DNA of 64,000 nucleotides from Candidatus Latescibacterota bacterium (lineage in GTDB: Bacteria; Latescibacterota; UBA2968; UBA8231): positions 2,560,001-2,624,000 of the forward strand of contig CBDETK010000013.1 in assembly GCA_965242865.1 (NCBI GenBank), read 5' to 3'. The notes below the pieces were generated by a model. It was given only the letters and a program-made list of their open reading frames with translations, ran no database searches and was not told the origin of the DNA. The position numbers and the translations under genes are program-made. Of the stretch, positions 36,973 through 47,474 are shown piece by piece; the stretch's first letter is position 1; every line of letters begins with the position of its first letter.

Positions 36973-38191
36973 CCGGCGACGCGCTGCTGCATATTTCCGG
37001 GTGCTGCTTTAGGTAAGCAAGCAAGGCTTCCGCGGCCCACTGGTGGCCCGTCGCATTCCAGTGGCCATCGTGCGGCCAGTGCGAGTCTTTAATTCTCGCC
37101 CCACGCCCGAGGATGTAGTCGTATTCCTCAATGACGGGAATGCCCCGCGCCTCGGCCATGCTGTTCAGCCGATCGACGAGGAAGTCCTCGCCTCTCCGGC
37201 TGTGTACAGCCAAGATCACCAACGCGCTCCCGTCGCGGTCCGTGCGTTCCTTGAACTGGTCGAGGCCGAAAGCCGTGAATTCGCAGGCTTCCTCAAAGGC
37301 CGGCCCGGCCTCGGGCATTCGCGTTGTTGGCGTCCAATCGGCTAAAAGGGGTGCATAGCGGGGACGCTGGCTGAGAAGCCCCGCCCATGCAATGGCTCGG
37401 GGATGGGCATCGCGCGGAAAGAAGGCCCCTCTCTTGGCATCGAGGTAGTTTACGAACCGAGAAACCAGCCTCATGCGATTCACGAGCTGGTCTTGCAAGG
37501 GCCGCGGCAATCGGTGCTTTCGCCAATCGGGATCAGGCGGGCGCAGTTTGATGGTTCCGTCCGCCCGTCTGGCCGCAGACATCCACGGAAACCGATCCGG
37601 ATCCAACCCGGACGTGAGGGCGTGCAGAATCGCGGAGTTGTTTTGGAAATCGTTTGGAACGAAGACGAGCACTACGAGTTTGGGGCGCAGAGGCCGGGCG
37701 AACTCATCATAAAACGGCAGTTGATTGATCTGCCCGGTTCCAGAAATCCCAAAGGCCGAGGTCGTGACGTCCAGATGGGGTGCTGCCCGACCCGCGAGTT
37801 GTTCCAGCCGAACTTGAAATTTGTCGGCGATGGGAACGTGCATCGCATCGACAAAGGAATCGCCGATTATGGCGATGTGGCAGCTCTCGGCCGCACGGGC
37901 ATGGCTCGGGGGTTCGCGGTCCACGAAGCCCAGACTGTTGGTGCGGGAAACGGTCCAGAAATCGAGAAAATTCGTATGGCGCACCTCTGCGTTGGGTTGC
38001 CGGATGAGGCCCACCTTGGGAACGAAGCGAAAGGCACGCTCTTTGCTCGTAAACGGCCACGGACGAAGCAGGCGGAAATACGCCTCCCCGGCGATGGCGA
38101 TTAGGACCAGCCCGGCGATGAACAACAGCGCGTTCCAGCCGACCAATTGCAGCACCCGGCGGATGCGTGGCGGAGTTAAACCGTTGTCCAC
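36923..38191 (-). CDS. SGNH/GDSL hydrolase-like membrane-anchored protein
   Basis: TNSLGF, IIGDSF, FVPND and DGHWNATGH motifs. Confidence 0.78.
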   Translation of the reverse strand: MDNGLTPPRIRRVLQLVGWNALLFIAGLVLIAIAGEAYFRLLRPWPFTSKERAFRFVPKVGLIRQPNAEVRHTNFLDFWTVSRTNSLGFVDREPPSHARAAESCHIAIIGDSFVDAMHVPIADKFQVRLEQLAGRAAPHLDVTTSAFGISGTGQINQLPFYDEFARPLRPKLVVLVFVPNDFQNNSAILHALTSGLDPDRFPWMSAARRADGTIKLRPPDPDWRKHRLPRPLQDQLVNRMRLVSRFVNYLDAKRGAFFPRDAHPRAIAWAGLLSQRPRYAPLLADWTPTTRMPEAGPAFEEACEFTAFGLDQFKERTDRDGSALVILAVHSRRGEDFLVDRLNSMAEARGIPVIEEYDYILGRGARIKDSHWPHDGHWNATGHQWAAEALLAYLKQHPEICSSASPATGGRRLEPQAVQAPL

Positions 38192-39312
38192 TCGCCCCGG
38201 TTGTTGGACGATTCGACCGCGGCCGCGACGAACTTCATGCCGGCGACGCCCTCTTGCACGCCCGGATGGGGAAAGGCCGCGGGCACATCCGGCTGGCCGC
38301 GGCGCGTGCGGATGAGCCGCTCGATCGTGGTGTGGAGGTTGGCGAGGGCCGGGAAGAAGTCCTCGTGGTGCCCCGAAGGCACCCGCAAGTACGAGACAAC
38401 GGCCGCGGGCAGGCCAAATTCAGCACCAATCCAATAGGTAATGTCGCGGCCATCGCCGCGGCGCAGGAGCAGGCATTCGGCCCGTTCCTGCCGCCACTCG
38501 ATGGAGCCTTGAGTGCCAAAGACGCGGAAGCCATTGTCGTTGCGGTAGCCGACCGCGATTTGCGTGGCCGTGATCAGGGCGGTGCCGCCGTTTTCCAGCT
38601 CGCCGATCACGTTGAAATCGTCGTCGAGTGCGCGGCCTTCAACAAAGGTGTTGAGGCGCGCCGACACCCGCTCAATGGCCAGCCCGGTCACCCAAGTCGC
38701 GGCGATGAAGGCATGGGTGCCAATGTCGCCGCCGCAATTGGAAATACCCGTGCGCTCGGGATCGGTGCGCCAAGACGCCTGCTGCTGGCCGGTCTGTTCG
38801 AGGGCCGTGGCCAGCCAGCCCTGATTATACCAAGAATCCACCTTGCGGATTGGGCCGATTTCGCCGCTCTGGATCATTTCTTTGGCCAGCATCATCATGG
38901 GATGGCCCGTATAGGTGTGGGCCAGCACAAAGGGCACGGACTCGCGCTCGACAATGCGCGCCAAGTCCTCGGCTTCGGCCACCGTCATGGTCATTGGCTT
39001 TTCGCAGAGCACCGGGATGCCGGCCTGCAAAAAGGCTTTGGCTGGCTCGTAGTGGGCGAAGTTGGGGGTGACGATGGTGACGTAATCAAGGGCTTGCTCG
39101 CCGCTTTGCGCGGCCGCCAACAGGGCCTGATAGGTGGGATACCCGGCAATGCCGTAGTCGTCGGCCGCGCGCATGGCCGCCGCGGGGTCGGACCGCAGCG
39201 CGCCAGCGACCAATTCGCGGCTGGCGTCGAGCGCGATGGCGCGGTTGTGAACCATGCCAAAAAAGGAATCCGGGCCACCGCCGCCGATCATACCTACTTT
39301 GAGTTTGTTCAT
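38176..39312 (-). CDS. Gfo/Idh/MocA family oxidoreductase
   Basis: GMIGGG, IVTPNFAH, CEKP, YNQGWL and DIGTHA motifs; AGGAG RBS. Confidence 0.92.
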   Translation of the reverse strand: MNKLKVGMIGGGGPDSFFGMVHNRAIALDASRELVAGALRSDPAAAMRAADDYGIAGYPTYQALLAAAQSGEQALDYVTIVTPNFAHYEPAKAFLQAGIPVLCEKPMTMTVAEAEDLARIVERESVPFVLAHTYTGHPMMMLAKEMIQSGEIGPIRKVDSWYNQGWLATALEQTGQQQASWRTDPERTGISNCGGDIGTHAFIAATWVTGLAIERVSARLNTFVEGRALDDDFNVIGELENGGTALITATQIAVGYRNDNGFRVFGTQGSIEWRQERAECLLLRRGDGRDITYWIGAEFGLPAAVVSYLRVPSGHHEDFFPALANLHTTIERLIRTRRGQPDVPAAFPHPGVQEGVAGMKFVAAAVESSNNRGEWTTV

Positions 39313-39338
39313 AATGTTCTCCTAGTGGATTGTGGGTC

Positions 39339-39435
39339 TAGAAGCGTTCACGGTCTAGAAGGGCGGTCGCGGGGGACGCGCCCCTACGTGTCGCAACGTG
39401 CGTATTAAAAACGCATCCGACTTGGGGCTGTCAAA
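39339..39435. repeat. 97-bp perfect direct repeat copy 1 (contains a REP-like unit and minus-strand TTGACA)
   Basis: Identical to 40009-40105. Confidence 0.96.
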
Positions 39436-39453
39436 CGCCGGAGGCAGTTAAAA

Positions 39454-39801
39454 TCAACCAATGATGGTTTTGACTATCCGCCGAAGTTGGTCTTGGTCCG
39501 CCGGTTGCAGTTGCCCCAGCTTTTTAATGACCAACCCTTTTTCGATGGTAGTGATCACCGGCTTTACGACCGAAGGTTTGAGCAGTCCGGCTTGCCGCCA
39601 GCCAGCTATCGAGAATTCTCCGAGTGTTTGCATTGATTCAACTCGGCTTGTAACTGCTGCGATGACGACATCTGGTTTGGCAGCGTTATAAGCGGATGTA
39701 CTGATGACCGTTGCCGGGCGTTTTTTATGGCTGGTTTGGTCGGTAAAAGGGAACGGCACCAAGACGAGGTCGCCGAAGCTATAGGTTGTCGTATGCTGCA
39801 T
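39454..39801 (-). CDS. PemK/MazF family toxin
   Basis: GDLVLVPFPFTD...KKRPA...GLLKPS motifs. Confidence 0.88.
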   Translation of the reverse strand: MQHTTTYSFGDLVLVPFPFTDQTSHKKRPATVISTSAYNAAKPDVVIAAVTSRVESMQTLGEFSIAGWRQAGLLKPSVVKPVITTIEKGLVIKKLGQLQPADQDQLRRIVKTIIG

Positions 39802-39997
39802 CCTCTGAATTGTCCCAGACTCGATTAAAGCTAGCCTCAGCGGTCCTTAATGCAGCCTGAGTTAGTTCCCGCTCCTGATCTTTGTGGTAGAGGAAATCGA
39901 TGAAATCCTCAACCGTGGCAAGGCGTTCCGGCGGCAGTAATTGGAGTTTGTGAAGCACCTGTTGAATGAGTGCTTGTTGGTCCCTAGGTGAAATCAT
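39779..39997 (-). CDS. Putative antitoxin (DUF2281-like)
   Basis: LPPERLATVEDFIDFL...VWDNSEDAAYDNL; overlaps the toxin start. Confidence 0.75.
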   Translation of the reverse strand: MISPRDQQALIQQVLHKLQLLPPERLATVEDFIDFLYHKDQERELTQAALRTAEASFNRVWDNSEDAAYDNL

Positions 39998-40008
39998 CGC
40001 AATTCCCT

Positions 40009-40105
40009 TAGAAGCGTTCACGGTCTAGAAGGGCGGTCGCGGGGGACGCGCCCCTACGTGTCGCAACGTGCGTATTAAAAACGCATCCGACTTGGGGCTG
40101 TCAAA
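40009..40105. repeat. 97-bp perfect direct repeat copy 2
   Basis: Identical to 39339-39435. Confidence 0.96.
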
Positions 40106-40106
40106 T

Positions 40107-40853
40107 TCACGGGACGCGCAGCACGGCCGGAGGTAGGCCCTGTTGCAATTGGCTGGGGTCCAGCCCGCTGTTGAAGGCATAGCGTTTGTAGGCCAGCACC
40201 AGCGAGATGTTGGCTTGACGTATTTCCACGCGGCGCGGCAGGTACAGCGCGGCTGCGCGGCGGTATTCTCCCAACTCGCGGAGCAGGACGTCGCCTGCGG
40301 GCAGCGGGCGGCTCTCGCGCACCACCAAGCCGCGGCGCAAATCCAGCCACGCCCGTCGCCCGTCGGTAAGCGCGACCACCGCACGGTCGGCGCGCGGATA
40401 CTCGACCGGCTCGGCGATGGAACCCGGCTCGACGAGGCCGAGCAAGGCGTAGCGCAGATCGCCGGCCCCCAAGTCCAGCCCCGTCAGCGTGGTTAGCAGC
40501 CGGCCGCGCACCGTTCCTTTTAGAGGCTGGTCCATGCCGCGGCCATACACGGTCAGGCTGTCGCCTTCGAGTAGAGCCGTAAAAATGTGGGTGAAAAAGG
40601 GGCCGCGCACTTCAACGCGGAAGAGATCGGGGTTGATTAGCTGCACGAGGGCTGTCCCCCGGTCGCGCCGCGCGCCGCGCCGCAGCTCAATGGCCGCTTC
40701 GGCCGTCAGGTCATCGAACTGGGCCAGAGAGGCCGAGGCCGCGAGCAAGGCGGCCGGTCCTTGGGCCGCGTCCCAGCCTTGGCGCACCACCGGCGGCGGG
40801 GTGCAAGCGAGCGCGAGGGCGCAGAGCGCGAACCGCTTCAACCACACGCGCAT
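40107..40853 (-). CDS. LolB/DUF4292-like lipoprotein
   Basis: Lipobox ALAC; PDLFRVEVRGPF; translationally coupled to the TPR gene. Confidence 0.6.
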   Translation of the reverse strand: MRVWLKRFALCALALACTPPPVVRQGWDAAQGPAALLAASASLAQFDDLTAEAAIELRRGARRDRGTALVQLINPDLFRVEVRGPFFTHIFTALLEGDSLTVYGRGMDQPLKGTVRGRLLTTLTGLDLGAGDLRYALLGLVEPGSIAEPVEYPRADRAVVALTDGRRAWLDLRRGLVVRESRPLPAGDVLLRELGEYRRAAALYLPRRVEIRQANISLVLAYKRYAFNSGLDPSQLQQGLPPAVLRVP

Positions 40854-42745
40854 CACGGCAGCAGCTTGCGCCGGACCTCTTCGTTGTCCGGCGCGAGTTC
40901 CAGCACCTTTTGCCAGTGGGCGCGCGCCTCGCCCGGTTTGCCGAGCGCGCTGGCAATATCGCCGGCGTGGTCGAAGATCACGGCCTGTTCCTCGGGATCG
41001 CCCTCGTCCATCTGCTCCAAGGCTTGTTGTAGGTAGTGTTCGGCCTGCGCCAGCTCGCCGAGGCGGAAGTAGGCCCAACCCATGCTGTCGAGAAACGCGC
41101 TGTTGTCCGGCTCGATCGCGATCGCCTTCTCCAAGAGCTCGACCGCTTCGGTCAGCCGCATGCCCTTGTCCGCGTACATGTAGCCGAGGTAGTTGAGGGC
41201 GTAGGCGTCGTTTGGGTCGATCGCCAAGAGGCGTTGAAAGGTCTCGATGGCGCGATCGAAGTACTCGTCGCGGCCGAGTTTGCGCGAAGCCTGCTCATAG
41301 CAGGAGCCGAGGTAAAAGAGCGCGTGGCTCTCGTCGCCGGCGAGCGCGACCGCCCGCTGTAGCTTCTCCAGCGCGGCTTCCCAATGCTCCAATTCTTCTA
41401 GTGCGATGCCCCAGTGCAAAAAGGTCGGGCTGTACGCAGAGTCGAGCGCGGCCGCTGTTTCGTATTGGGCCAGCGCGGCTTCCCACTGCCCCTGCCGCCC
41501 CAAGCCGATGCCCCACCGCACGTGCAGCACGGCGTCGTCCGGGGCTACGGCGAGTGCTTGGCGATAGACAGCAATGGCCTCTGCCCAAGCGTCTTGTTGC
41601 TCTAGCGCGAGCCCCCAGTACAGATATATGTCAATGGCGTCGGGCAGGCGCTCGAGGCCGCGCTGGTACACGGCGATGGCCTCGTCGTAGCGCTCGGTGT
41701 TCTCCAAGACGGTCCCCCAGTACAGGTAAATCTCGCTGCTGTCCGGCATGGCTTGGGCCGCTTGGCCGAGGACGGCGGTGGCGGAATCGTAATCCTCCAA
41801 GTAGATGTAGTAGCGCACTAGGTCGGTCCACTGCTCGACCGTTTGGGGTTGCATCTCGACGATGCGCTTAAAAACCAACGTGGCTTGGTCGTACTGGCCG
41901 GCCTCGGACAGGGCCACTCCCAAGTGATAGAGCACCTCGGCGCCCTCTTCAGCGAGAATGTCCTCTAGGTCGTGCTCGGTGACCATGAGCCGCGCCAAGT
42001 AGTAAGGGACGCTGCTGTCGGGCAGGTGTCTAGCGGCTTTTCGGTAGATGGCGATGGCCTCGTGGCGGTGCTCCTGCGCCAGCTTGAGTTCGGCTAGACC
42101 CAGCCAAGCGTCCTCGACCTCGGGATCGGCCGCGAGGACCCGGTGATAGATGCGCTCGGCCTCTTTTTGCCGGTTGATGCGAAAAAAAATGCCGGCGATG
42201 TCCACCGCGACCTCGGGCGGCACTTGCTCTTGGGCGAGCACCCCCTCAAAGAGCGGAGCGATTTGCTCGGGCTGGCCCGTTTCAAAGTAGAGATAGGCCA
42301 AGTGGCGGTAGAGCGGCCAGTTGGCCGGCTCGTAGCGCAGCAGTTGTTCGATGTGGCCGATGGCACGCTCGCGGTCCCCTTCGCGCTCCAAGAGCCGAAT
42401 CAGCATGCGGCGCAACCGCACTTGGCTGCCTTCCAATGCCAAGCTCGCGTGGGCAAAGTGGGCGGCCATCAGGGGGTCGTCGATGCGCTGGTAGTTGTAA
42501 GCGAGACGGGCGTAAATGGTGGGCGAGGCCGGGTCGAGGTCGGCGGCCGAGCGCAGGGCGACGATCGCGCCGAAGTAGTTGTGCTGGGCTTCAAAGACCT
42601 TGGCCTTGACAAAGTATTGCATAGCTTGGTCGGCGTTGGTCGGCCCGGCGGGCGCGGGCGCGTTGTGGCCCCTCAGACCCGCGCAGCCGCCCGCGGACAG
42701 CGCGAGGACGCAGAGCAGGGGGAGGAGATGCGAGACATTGTTCAT
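40853..42745 (-). CDS. TPR repeat lipoprotein
   Basis: Lipobox GGC, many TPRs, ALNYLGYMYA...FLDSMGWAYF. Confidence 0.88.
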   Translation of the reverse strand: MNNVSHLLPLLCVLALSAGGCAGLRGHNAPAPAGPTNADQAMQYFVKAKVFEAQHNYFGAIVALRSAADLDPASPTIYARLAYNYQRIDDPLMAAHFAHASLALEGSQVRLRRMLIRLLEREGDRERAIGHIEQLLRYEPANWPLYRHLAYLYFETGQPEQIAPLFEGVLAQEQVPPEVAVDIAGIFFRINRQKEAERIYHRVLAADPEVEDAWLGLAELKLAQEHRHEAIAIYRKAARHLPDSSVPYYLARLMVTEHDLEDILAEEGAEVLYHLGVALSEAGQYDQATLVFKRIVEMQPQTVEQWTDLVRYYIYLEDYDSATAVLGQAAQAMPDSSEIYLYWGTVLENTERYDEAIAVYQRGLERLPDAIDIYLYWGLALEQQDAWAEAIAVYRQALAVAPDDAVLHVRWGIGLGRQGQWEAALAQYETAAALDSAYSPTFLHWGIALEELEHWEAALEKLQRAVALAGDESHALFYLGSCYEQASRKLGRDEYFDRAIETFQRLLAIDPNDAYALNYLGYMYADKGMRLTEAVELLEKAIAIEPDNSAFLDSMGWAYFRLGELAQAEHYLQQALEQMDEGDPEEQAVIFDHAGDIASALGKPGEARAHWQKVLELAPDNEEVRRKLLP

Positions 42746-42789
42746 AATGAAAAGTAAACCTGTATTGGCGGTATCTGGGAAGTCGCGTA

Positions 42790-42975
42790 CTATGCCATCG
42801 CCTCCATGAGCGCGTCGCGGAATTTCACAAAGCTGTGCGAGCGATTGCAGGCCGGATTGATGCGAGCGGCAATGGCACGCGCCGCTTCTACGGGAAACAG
42901 CCGCGGGAGCAATTCACGCAAGAATGCCTCCATAGAAGGCTCTTCGACCAAAATCTCCAGATAGGGATTCTCCAT
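42790..42975 (-). pseudogene. DUF4276-like (TOPRIM-related) gene with internal deletion
   Basis: LEILVEEPSMEAFL (N-terminus) joined directly to NRSHSF (C-terminus) in only 61 aa. Confidence 0.7.
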
Positions 42976-44204
42976 TATTCACTTCCTGCAAGCGGTCCAG
43001 TGGCCCCGCCTTGGTTGACGAGTGGATCGCCGACATTAAAGTAGCCCTCCATCCACAGGTGGCCGAGTTGTGCCCCGTGGTCCATGAATGCTTGCACTTC
43101 CGTTATATCCGCGACCCATTGCGTTTGGGCATAGCCTTGCTCGTCGCGCCAGAGAACGCGCACCTCTTTGGATTGCAAGGCGTTGAGGAAGAACGGCGAA
43201 TGCGTGGTGACCAGCAGCTGAGTGTGCTCGCTGGCCGTGCGGCATTCCTCGGCCAGTTCCCCAAGCAGCCGGGGGTGGAGGAAGTTTTCCGGTTCCTCAA
43301 TACCGATAAAGGGCGGTGGGTTCGGGTCGTGGAGGAGCACGAGGTAAGCCAGCATTTTTAGGGTGCCGTCGGAGGCGAATCGGGCCAGCACTGGGTCGCT
43401 GAACGGGGCGTCCTTGATTTGCAATAGCAGGCGGCCGTCGGGCATGGTATCGGCCAGCACCTTTTCAATGCGCGGGACGCGCCGGCGCAGCACCTCAAAG
43501 ATGTCCTCGAGTCGCGCTGGGTGCTGCTCGGCTAAGTATTGGATGACGTTGGCGAGGTTGTCGCCCGTTTTGCTCAACTGCTCTTGCGGCCCAGCTTCGG
43601 GCTGACCGCGTGCGCTGTCTGCCGAAAGGTAGGATACGTGCCAGCCAGTAATGAACTGGCGCAGTGCCGCCACGCGCGGGTGGTCGGCGAATTGTCCGAG
43701 GGCATTGACTGCCAGCAAGTCGGGTGCGTTCAGGGGGATTTCGATGCGCTGATCTTGTTTGTCTGGCAAAGCACCGCTGATTGCTCGGCCTTGGCCCTCT
43801 TTATAGTCGAGAAATCGAAACGGATATCCGAACCTATCTCGCTTCCATCTCAACCACTCTTCGGCTACAATAGGTGCCCCATTGCGTTCAACAACAGCCA
43901 AGTGATAGGTGATGAGCGGCTGTCCCGGCTTTTCGCGGTACTTGATCTCGATTACTACGGATCCGTCCTCGCCTCGGGACACAAGCTCTTTGCCGCGCCC
44001 ACGCTTATCCCAAGCGCGGCGCAGTCCCAACTCGAAACACTCGGCCAGAAAAGCAAATACGTCGAATACGGTGGACTTGCCGCTGCCGTTGGGGCCGAGC
44101 AACACCGTCAGCGGCGTCAGGTTTTTGAACTCGACATTCCGCAGAGCACGGAAATTCTGCACCTTGAGGTATTCGATGCGGGCTGGAGTGGGAATTGGGT
44201 TCAT
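42975..44204 (-). CDS. AAA_21/ABC-type ATPase (AbiEii-like)
   Basis: [24 protein letters not shown] and VTTHSP motifs. Confidence 0.88.
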   Translation of the reverse strand: MNPIPTPARIEYLKVQNFRALRNVEFKNLTPLTVLLGPNGSGKSTVFDVFAFLAECFELGLRRAWDKRGRGKELVSRGEDGSVVIEIKYREKPGQPLITYHLAVVERNGAPIVAEEWLRWKRDRFGYPFRFLDYKEGQGRAISGALPDKQDQRIEIPLNAPDLLAVNALGQFADHPRVAALRQFITGWHVSYLSADSARGQPEAGPQEQLSKTGDNLANVIQYLAEQHPARLEDIFEVLRRRVPRIEKVLADTMPDGRLLLQIKDAPFSDPVLARFASDGTLKMLAYLVLLHDPNPPPFIGIEEPENFLHPRLLGELAEECRTASEHTQLLVTTHSPFFLNALQSKEVRVLWRDEQGYAQTQWVADITEVQAFMDHGAQLGHLWMEGYFNVGDPLVNQGGATGPLAGSE

Positions 44205-44228
44205 CGGTGGTCTCCGTTGGAGGGAAGT

Positions 44229-45074
44229 CTAAATTTTCGGATCTAAGGCGTCTCTGAGCCCGTCGCCAAAGAGGTTGAGCGCGAGGACGACCGCGAAGAT
44301 GGCCAGCCCGGGAAACGCCATGACCCAAGGTGCTTGCAAGAGCAGCTCGCGCCCCCCGGATAGCATGGCCCCCCACTCGGGGGTCGGCGGCTGGGCGCCC
44401 AAGCCCAAAAAGCTCAATCCGGCCGCGTCGAGGATGGCCGTGCCCAAGCTGAGCGTGGCTTGCACGATGAGCGGAACCGCGCAGTTGGGCAAGACGCTGT
44501 AAAACAGCAGCCGCCATTCGCTCGCCCCCAGCGCGCGCACGGCCTCGACGTACGCGGCCTCGCGCACGGTTAGCACTGAGGAGCGCATGAGGCGGGCAAA
44601 TTGCGGCACCAACACGATGCTGACGGCGAGGATGGCGTTGTCGATGCCCGGCCCGATGACGGCGACGATGGCAATGGCCAGCAGGATGCTAGGGAAGGCC
44701 AGCATCAGATCCATCAGCCGCATGATGAGCATGTCGGCGGCCCCGCCGCGATACCCGGCCACGAGGCCGAGCAAGGTGCCGGTCGAAGCGGCCAGCGCGA
44801 TGGCAACTAGGCCGATCCGCAGCGAGATGCGGGCGCCGTACGCGATGCGGCTGAAAATGTCGCGGCCAAAGTCGTCGGTGCCCAGCCAGTGGCTCGGCGA
44901 CGGCGGCTGCAAGCGCGCATAGAGGTTTTGCGCCAGTGGATCGTACGGTGCCAAAAGCGGTGCCAAAAGCGCGACCAGCAACGCCCCGGCCAAGACCCCG
45001 CCGCCGACCAGCGCGAGCCGATGGTTGCCGAGCCGCCGCAGTTGACCGGTGCCGTGTGCAATCATCTCAAGCAT
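44229..45074 (-). CDS. dppC: Dipeptide ABC transporter permease DppC
   Basis: [11 protein letters not shown] and [16 protein letters not shown]...[10 protein letters not shown] motifs. Confidence 0.88.
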   Translation of the reverse strand: MLEMIAHGTGQLRRLGNHRLALVGGGVLAGALLVALLAPLLAPYDPLAQNLYARLQPPSPSHWLGTDDFGRDIFSRIAYGARISLRIGLVAIALAASTGTLLGLVAGYRGGAADMLIMRLMDLMLAFPSILLAIAIVAVIGPGIDNAILAVSIVLVPQFARLMRSSVLTVREAAYVEAVRALGASEWRLLFYSVLPNCAVPLIVQATLSLGTAILDAAGLSFLGLGAQPPTPEWGAMLSGGRELLLQAPWVMAFPGLAIFAVVLALNLFGDGLRDALDPKI

Positions 45075-47247
45075 GGCCTATAAGCTCTAGTACCAACGCG
45101 CCCAGCGGCGGCAGGTGCAACCGCGCCGACTGCGGGCGGCCATGGCAAGCGACCGGCTCGGTTTGCACCCAGCCGCCGTGGCCTAGGCCGCTCCCGCCGT
45201 AGATTTCGGCGTCGCTGTTGAGCACCTCGCGGTACGGCCCGGCCGCAGGCAGCCCGAGTTGGTAATCCGCGCGGGGGACTGGGGTAAAATTGCAGACGAA
45301 AATCAGGGGAGGTTCGCCCTCGGCGCGGCGCACAAAAGCCACCACGCTCTGGGCGGCATCCGAGCAATCGATCCATTCAAAACCATCGGGCTGCGCATCG
45401 GTGCGGTGCAGGGCCGCGCAGCGGCGATAGAGCTGGTTGAGGTCGCAGAGCCAGCGATAGACGCCGGCGTGCCCCTCGTCGTCGAGCAGGTGCCAAGGCA
45501 GTTCGCCTTGGTGATCCCACTCTTCCCACTGGGCCAACTCGGCCCCCATAAAGAGCAGCTTTTTGCCGGGGTGCCCGTACATAAAGCCGTAGAGCAAGCG
45601 CAAGTTGGCCCGCTGCTGCCAAGCGTCCCCGGGCATCTTGCTCAAGAGCGAGCACTTGCCGTGGACGACCTCGTCATGCGCCAGCGGCAACACGAAGTTT
45701 TCGCTGTGGGCGTAGAGCAGGCCAAAGGTCAGGTCGTCTTGGTGGTGGCGGCGGTGGATCGGGTCGCGCTGCATGTAGCGCAGCACGTCGTTCATCCAGC
45801 CCATGTTCCACTTGAAGTGGAAGCCGAGGCCGCCGCCGGCGACCGGCCGGGAAACTTCCGGCCAAGCGGTCGATTCCTCGGCGATCATCAAGGCGTCCGG
45901 GCAGTGCTCGCCGATGGCCGTGTTGAGCTGCCGCAGGAAATCGATGGCTTCGAGGTTTTCGCGCCCGCCGTGAGCGTTGGGCACCCATTCCCCTTCGGAG
46001 CGCGAGTAGTCGAGGTAGAGCATGGAAGCCACCGCATCGACGCGCAGGCCGTCGAGGTGAAAGCGTTCGAGCCAAAACAGGGCATTGGCAATGAGAAAGG
46101 AGCGGACTTCGGCGCGGCCGTAGTTGAATATGCAGGTCTGCCAGTCGGGATGCCGGCCTTGGCGCGGGTCGCGGTGCTCGTAGAGGCTGGTGCCGTCGAA
46201 TTGAGCCAAGCCGTGGGCGTCGCTAGGGAAGTGCGCCGGCACCCAGTCGAGAATCACCCCGATGGCGTGGCGGTGGCAGTAGTCGATGAAATAAGCAAAG
46301 TCCTCGGGCGCACCAAAGCGCGCGCTCGGCGCGAAATACCCGGTTCCTTGATACCCCCACGAGCCGTCAAAGGGATGCTCGGCCACCGGCATCAGCTCGA
46401 TGTGGGTAAAACCGAGCGCGGCCACGTGGGCGACCAATTGGTGAGCCAGCGTGCGATAGTCGAGATTGCGCCGCCACGAGCCGAGATGGACCTCGTAGAT
46501 GGCGAGGGGTGCTTCCAACCCGTTGTGCGCTCGGCGCTCGGCCATCCAAGCGTCGTCGCCCCAAGCGAACGCATCGCCCCGGCAGACCACCGAAGCGGTG
46601 CGGGGGGGCCGTTCCGTGGCCAAGGCAAAGGGATCGCTCTTGAGCAGGATGGTTCCTTGGCGACTGAGGATTTCGTACTTGTAGAGCGCGCCCGCGCCCA
46701 CCTCCGGGACGAACAGTTCCCACACCCCGGACGCGCCCAGCGAGCGCATGCAGTGCAGCCGGCCGTCCCAGTGGTTGAAGTCGCCGACCGCGCTGACTCG
46801 GCGGGCATTCGGCGCCCACACCGCAAAGTACGTGCCCTCGGCCCCGTCGATGCAGCGCGGATGCGCCCCCAGCAACTCGTAGGCGCGGTAGTGGGTTCCT
46901 TCGTTGAAGAGGTATTGGTCTTGGGACGCCAACTGCGGCCAGAACGAGTACGGATCGCGGCAGCAGCGAACCGCGCCCTGCGCGTCGGTCACCGCCAGAT
47001 GGTACGCAAAGGACGAGCGGCGGCCGGCGATCCGCGCCTCAAACAATCCCTCGGCATGGGTCTTGGCGGCCTGAAAGCTCGCGCCTTGCCCCCCCCGCTC
47101 CACGACCTGCACGCTCGCCGCCTCGGGCCAGAACACGCGCACGACCCAGCCCTCGTCTAAGGGGTGCATCCCCAAGTGCGAGAACACATCGGCGCATTCG
47201 CCGTGCAAAAGGGCCTCCATTATCTGCGGATCAAGCGTTGTCTGCAT
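45067..47247 (-). CDS. glgB: 1,4-alpha-glucan branching enzyme
   Basis: [31 protein letters not shown] and KWNMGWM motifs. Confidence 0.96.
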   Translation of the reverse strand: MQTTLDPQIMEALLHGECADVFSHLGMHPLDEGWVVRVFWPEAASVQVVERGGQGASFQAAKTHAEGLFEARIAGRRSSFAYHLAVTDAQGAVRCCRDPYSFWPQLASQDQYLFNEGTHYRAYELLGAHPRCIDGAEGTYFAVWAPNARRVSAVGDFNHWDGRLHCMRSLGASGVWELFVPEVGAGALYKYEILSRQGTILLKSDPFALATERPPRTASVVCRGDAFAWGDDAWMAERRAHNGLEAPLAIYEVHLGSWRRNLDYRTLAHQLVAHVAALGFTHIELMPVAEHPFDGSWGYQGTGYFAPSARFGAPEDFAYFIDYCHRHAIGVILDWVPAHFPSDAHGLAQFDGTSLYEHRDPRQGRHPDWQTCIFNYGRAEVRSFLIANALFWLERFHLDGLRVDAVASMLYLDYSRSEGEWVPNAHGGRENLEAIDFLRQLNTAIGEHCPDALMIAEESTAWPEVSRPVAGGGLGFHFKWNMGWMNDVLRYMQRDPIHRRHHQDDLTFGLLYAHSENFVLPLAHDEVVHGKCSLLSKMPGDAWQQRANLRLLYGFMYGHPGKKLLFMGAELAQWEEWDHQGELPWHLLDDEGHAGVYRWLCDLNQLYRRCAALHRTDAQPDGFEWIDCSDAAQSVVAFVRRAEGEPPLIFVCNFTPVPRADYQLGLPAAGPYREVLNSDAEIYGGSGLGHGGWVQTEPVACHGRPQSARLHLPPLGALVLELIGHA

Positions 47248-47474
47248 GGTCGCACTCGGATTTCGGGGTTGAGCATTCTTAGAGAAGATAGGCCAATTTA
47301 GGGGAACTACAAGCAAACCCTAACGCGCGCCCGTTGCCGAGCAAGGCCGTCGCCCCGTCGCCCTGATTCCGCAAAGTTGGGAAGCGTATCGTATTGTTAT
47401 ATTTTTAGTTGAGGCGAGGGCGACAGCGCAACGTCCGCTTTTTTAAGCGCAAAACCACCCGACTTACTTCGACT

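Noticed and set aside
45259-47160. 633-aa plus-strand ORF, and similar long shadow ORFs such as 16926-18236 and 38167-39408
   Set aside because: They are antisense shadows of well-supported genes in GC-rich DNA and have no motifs.
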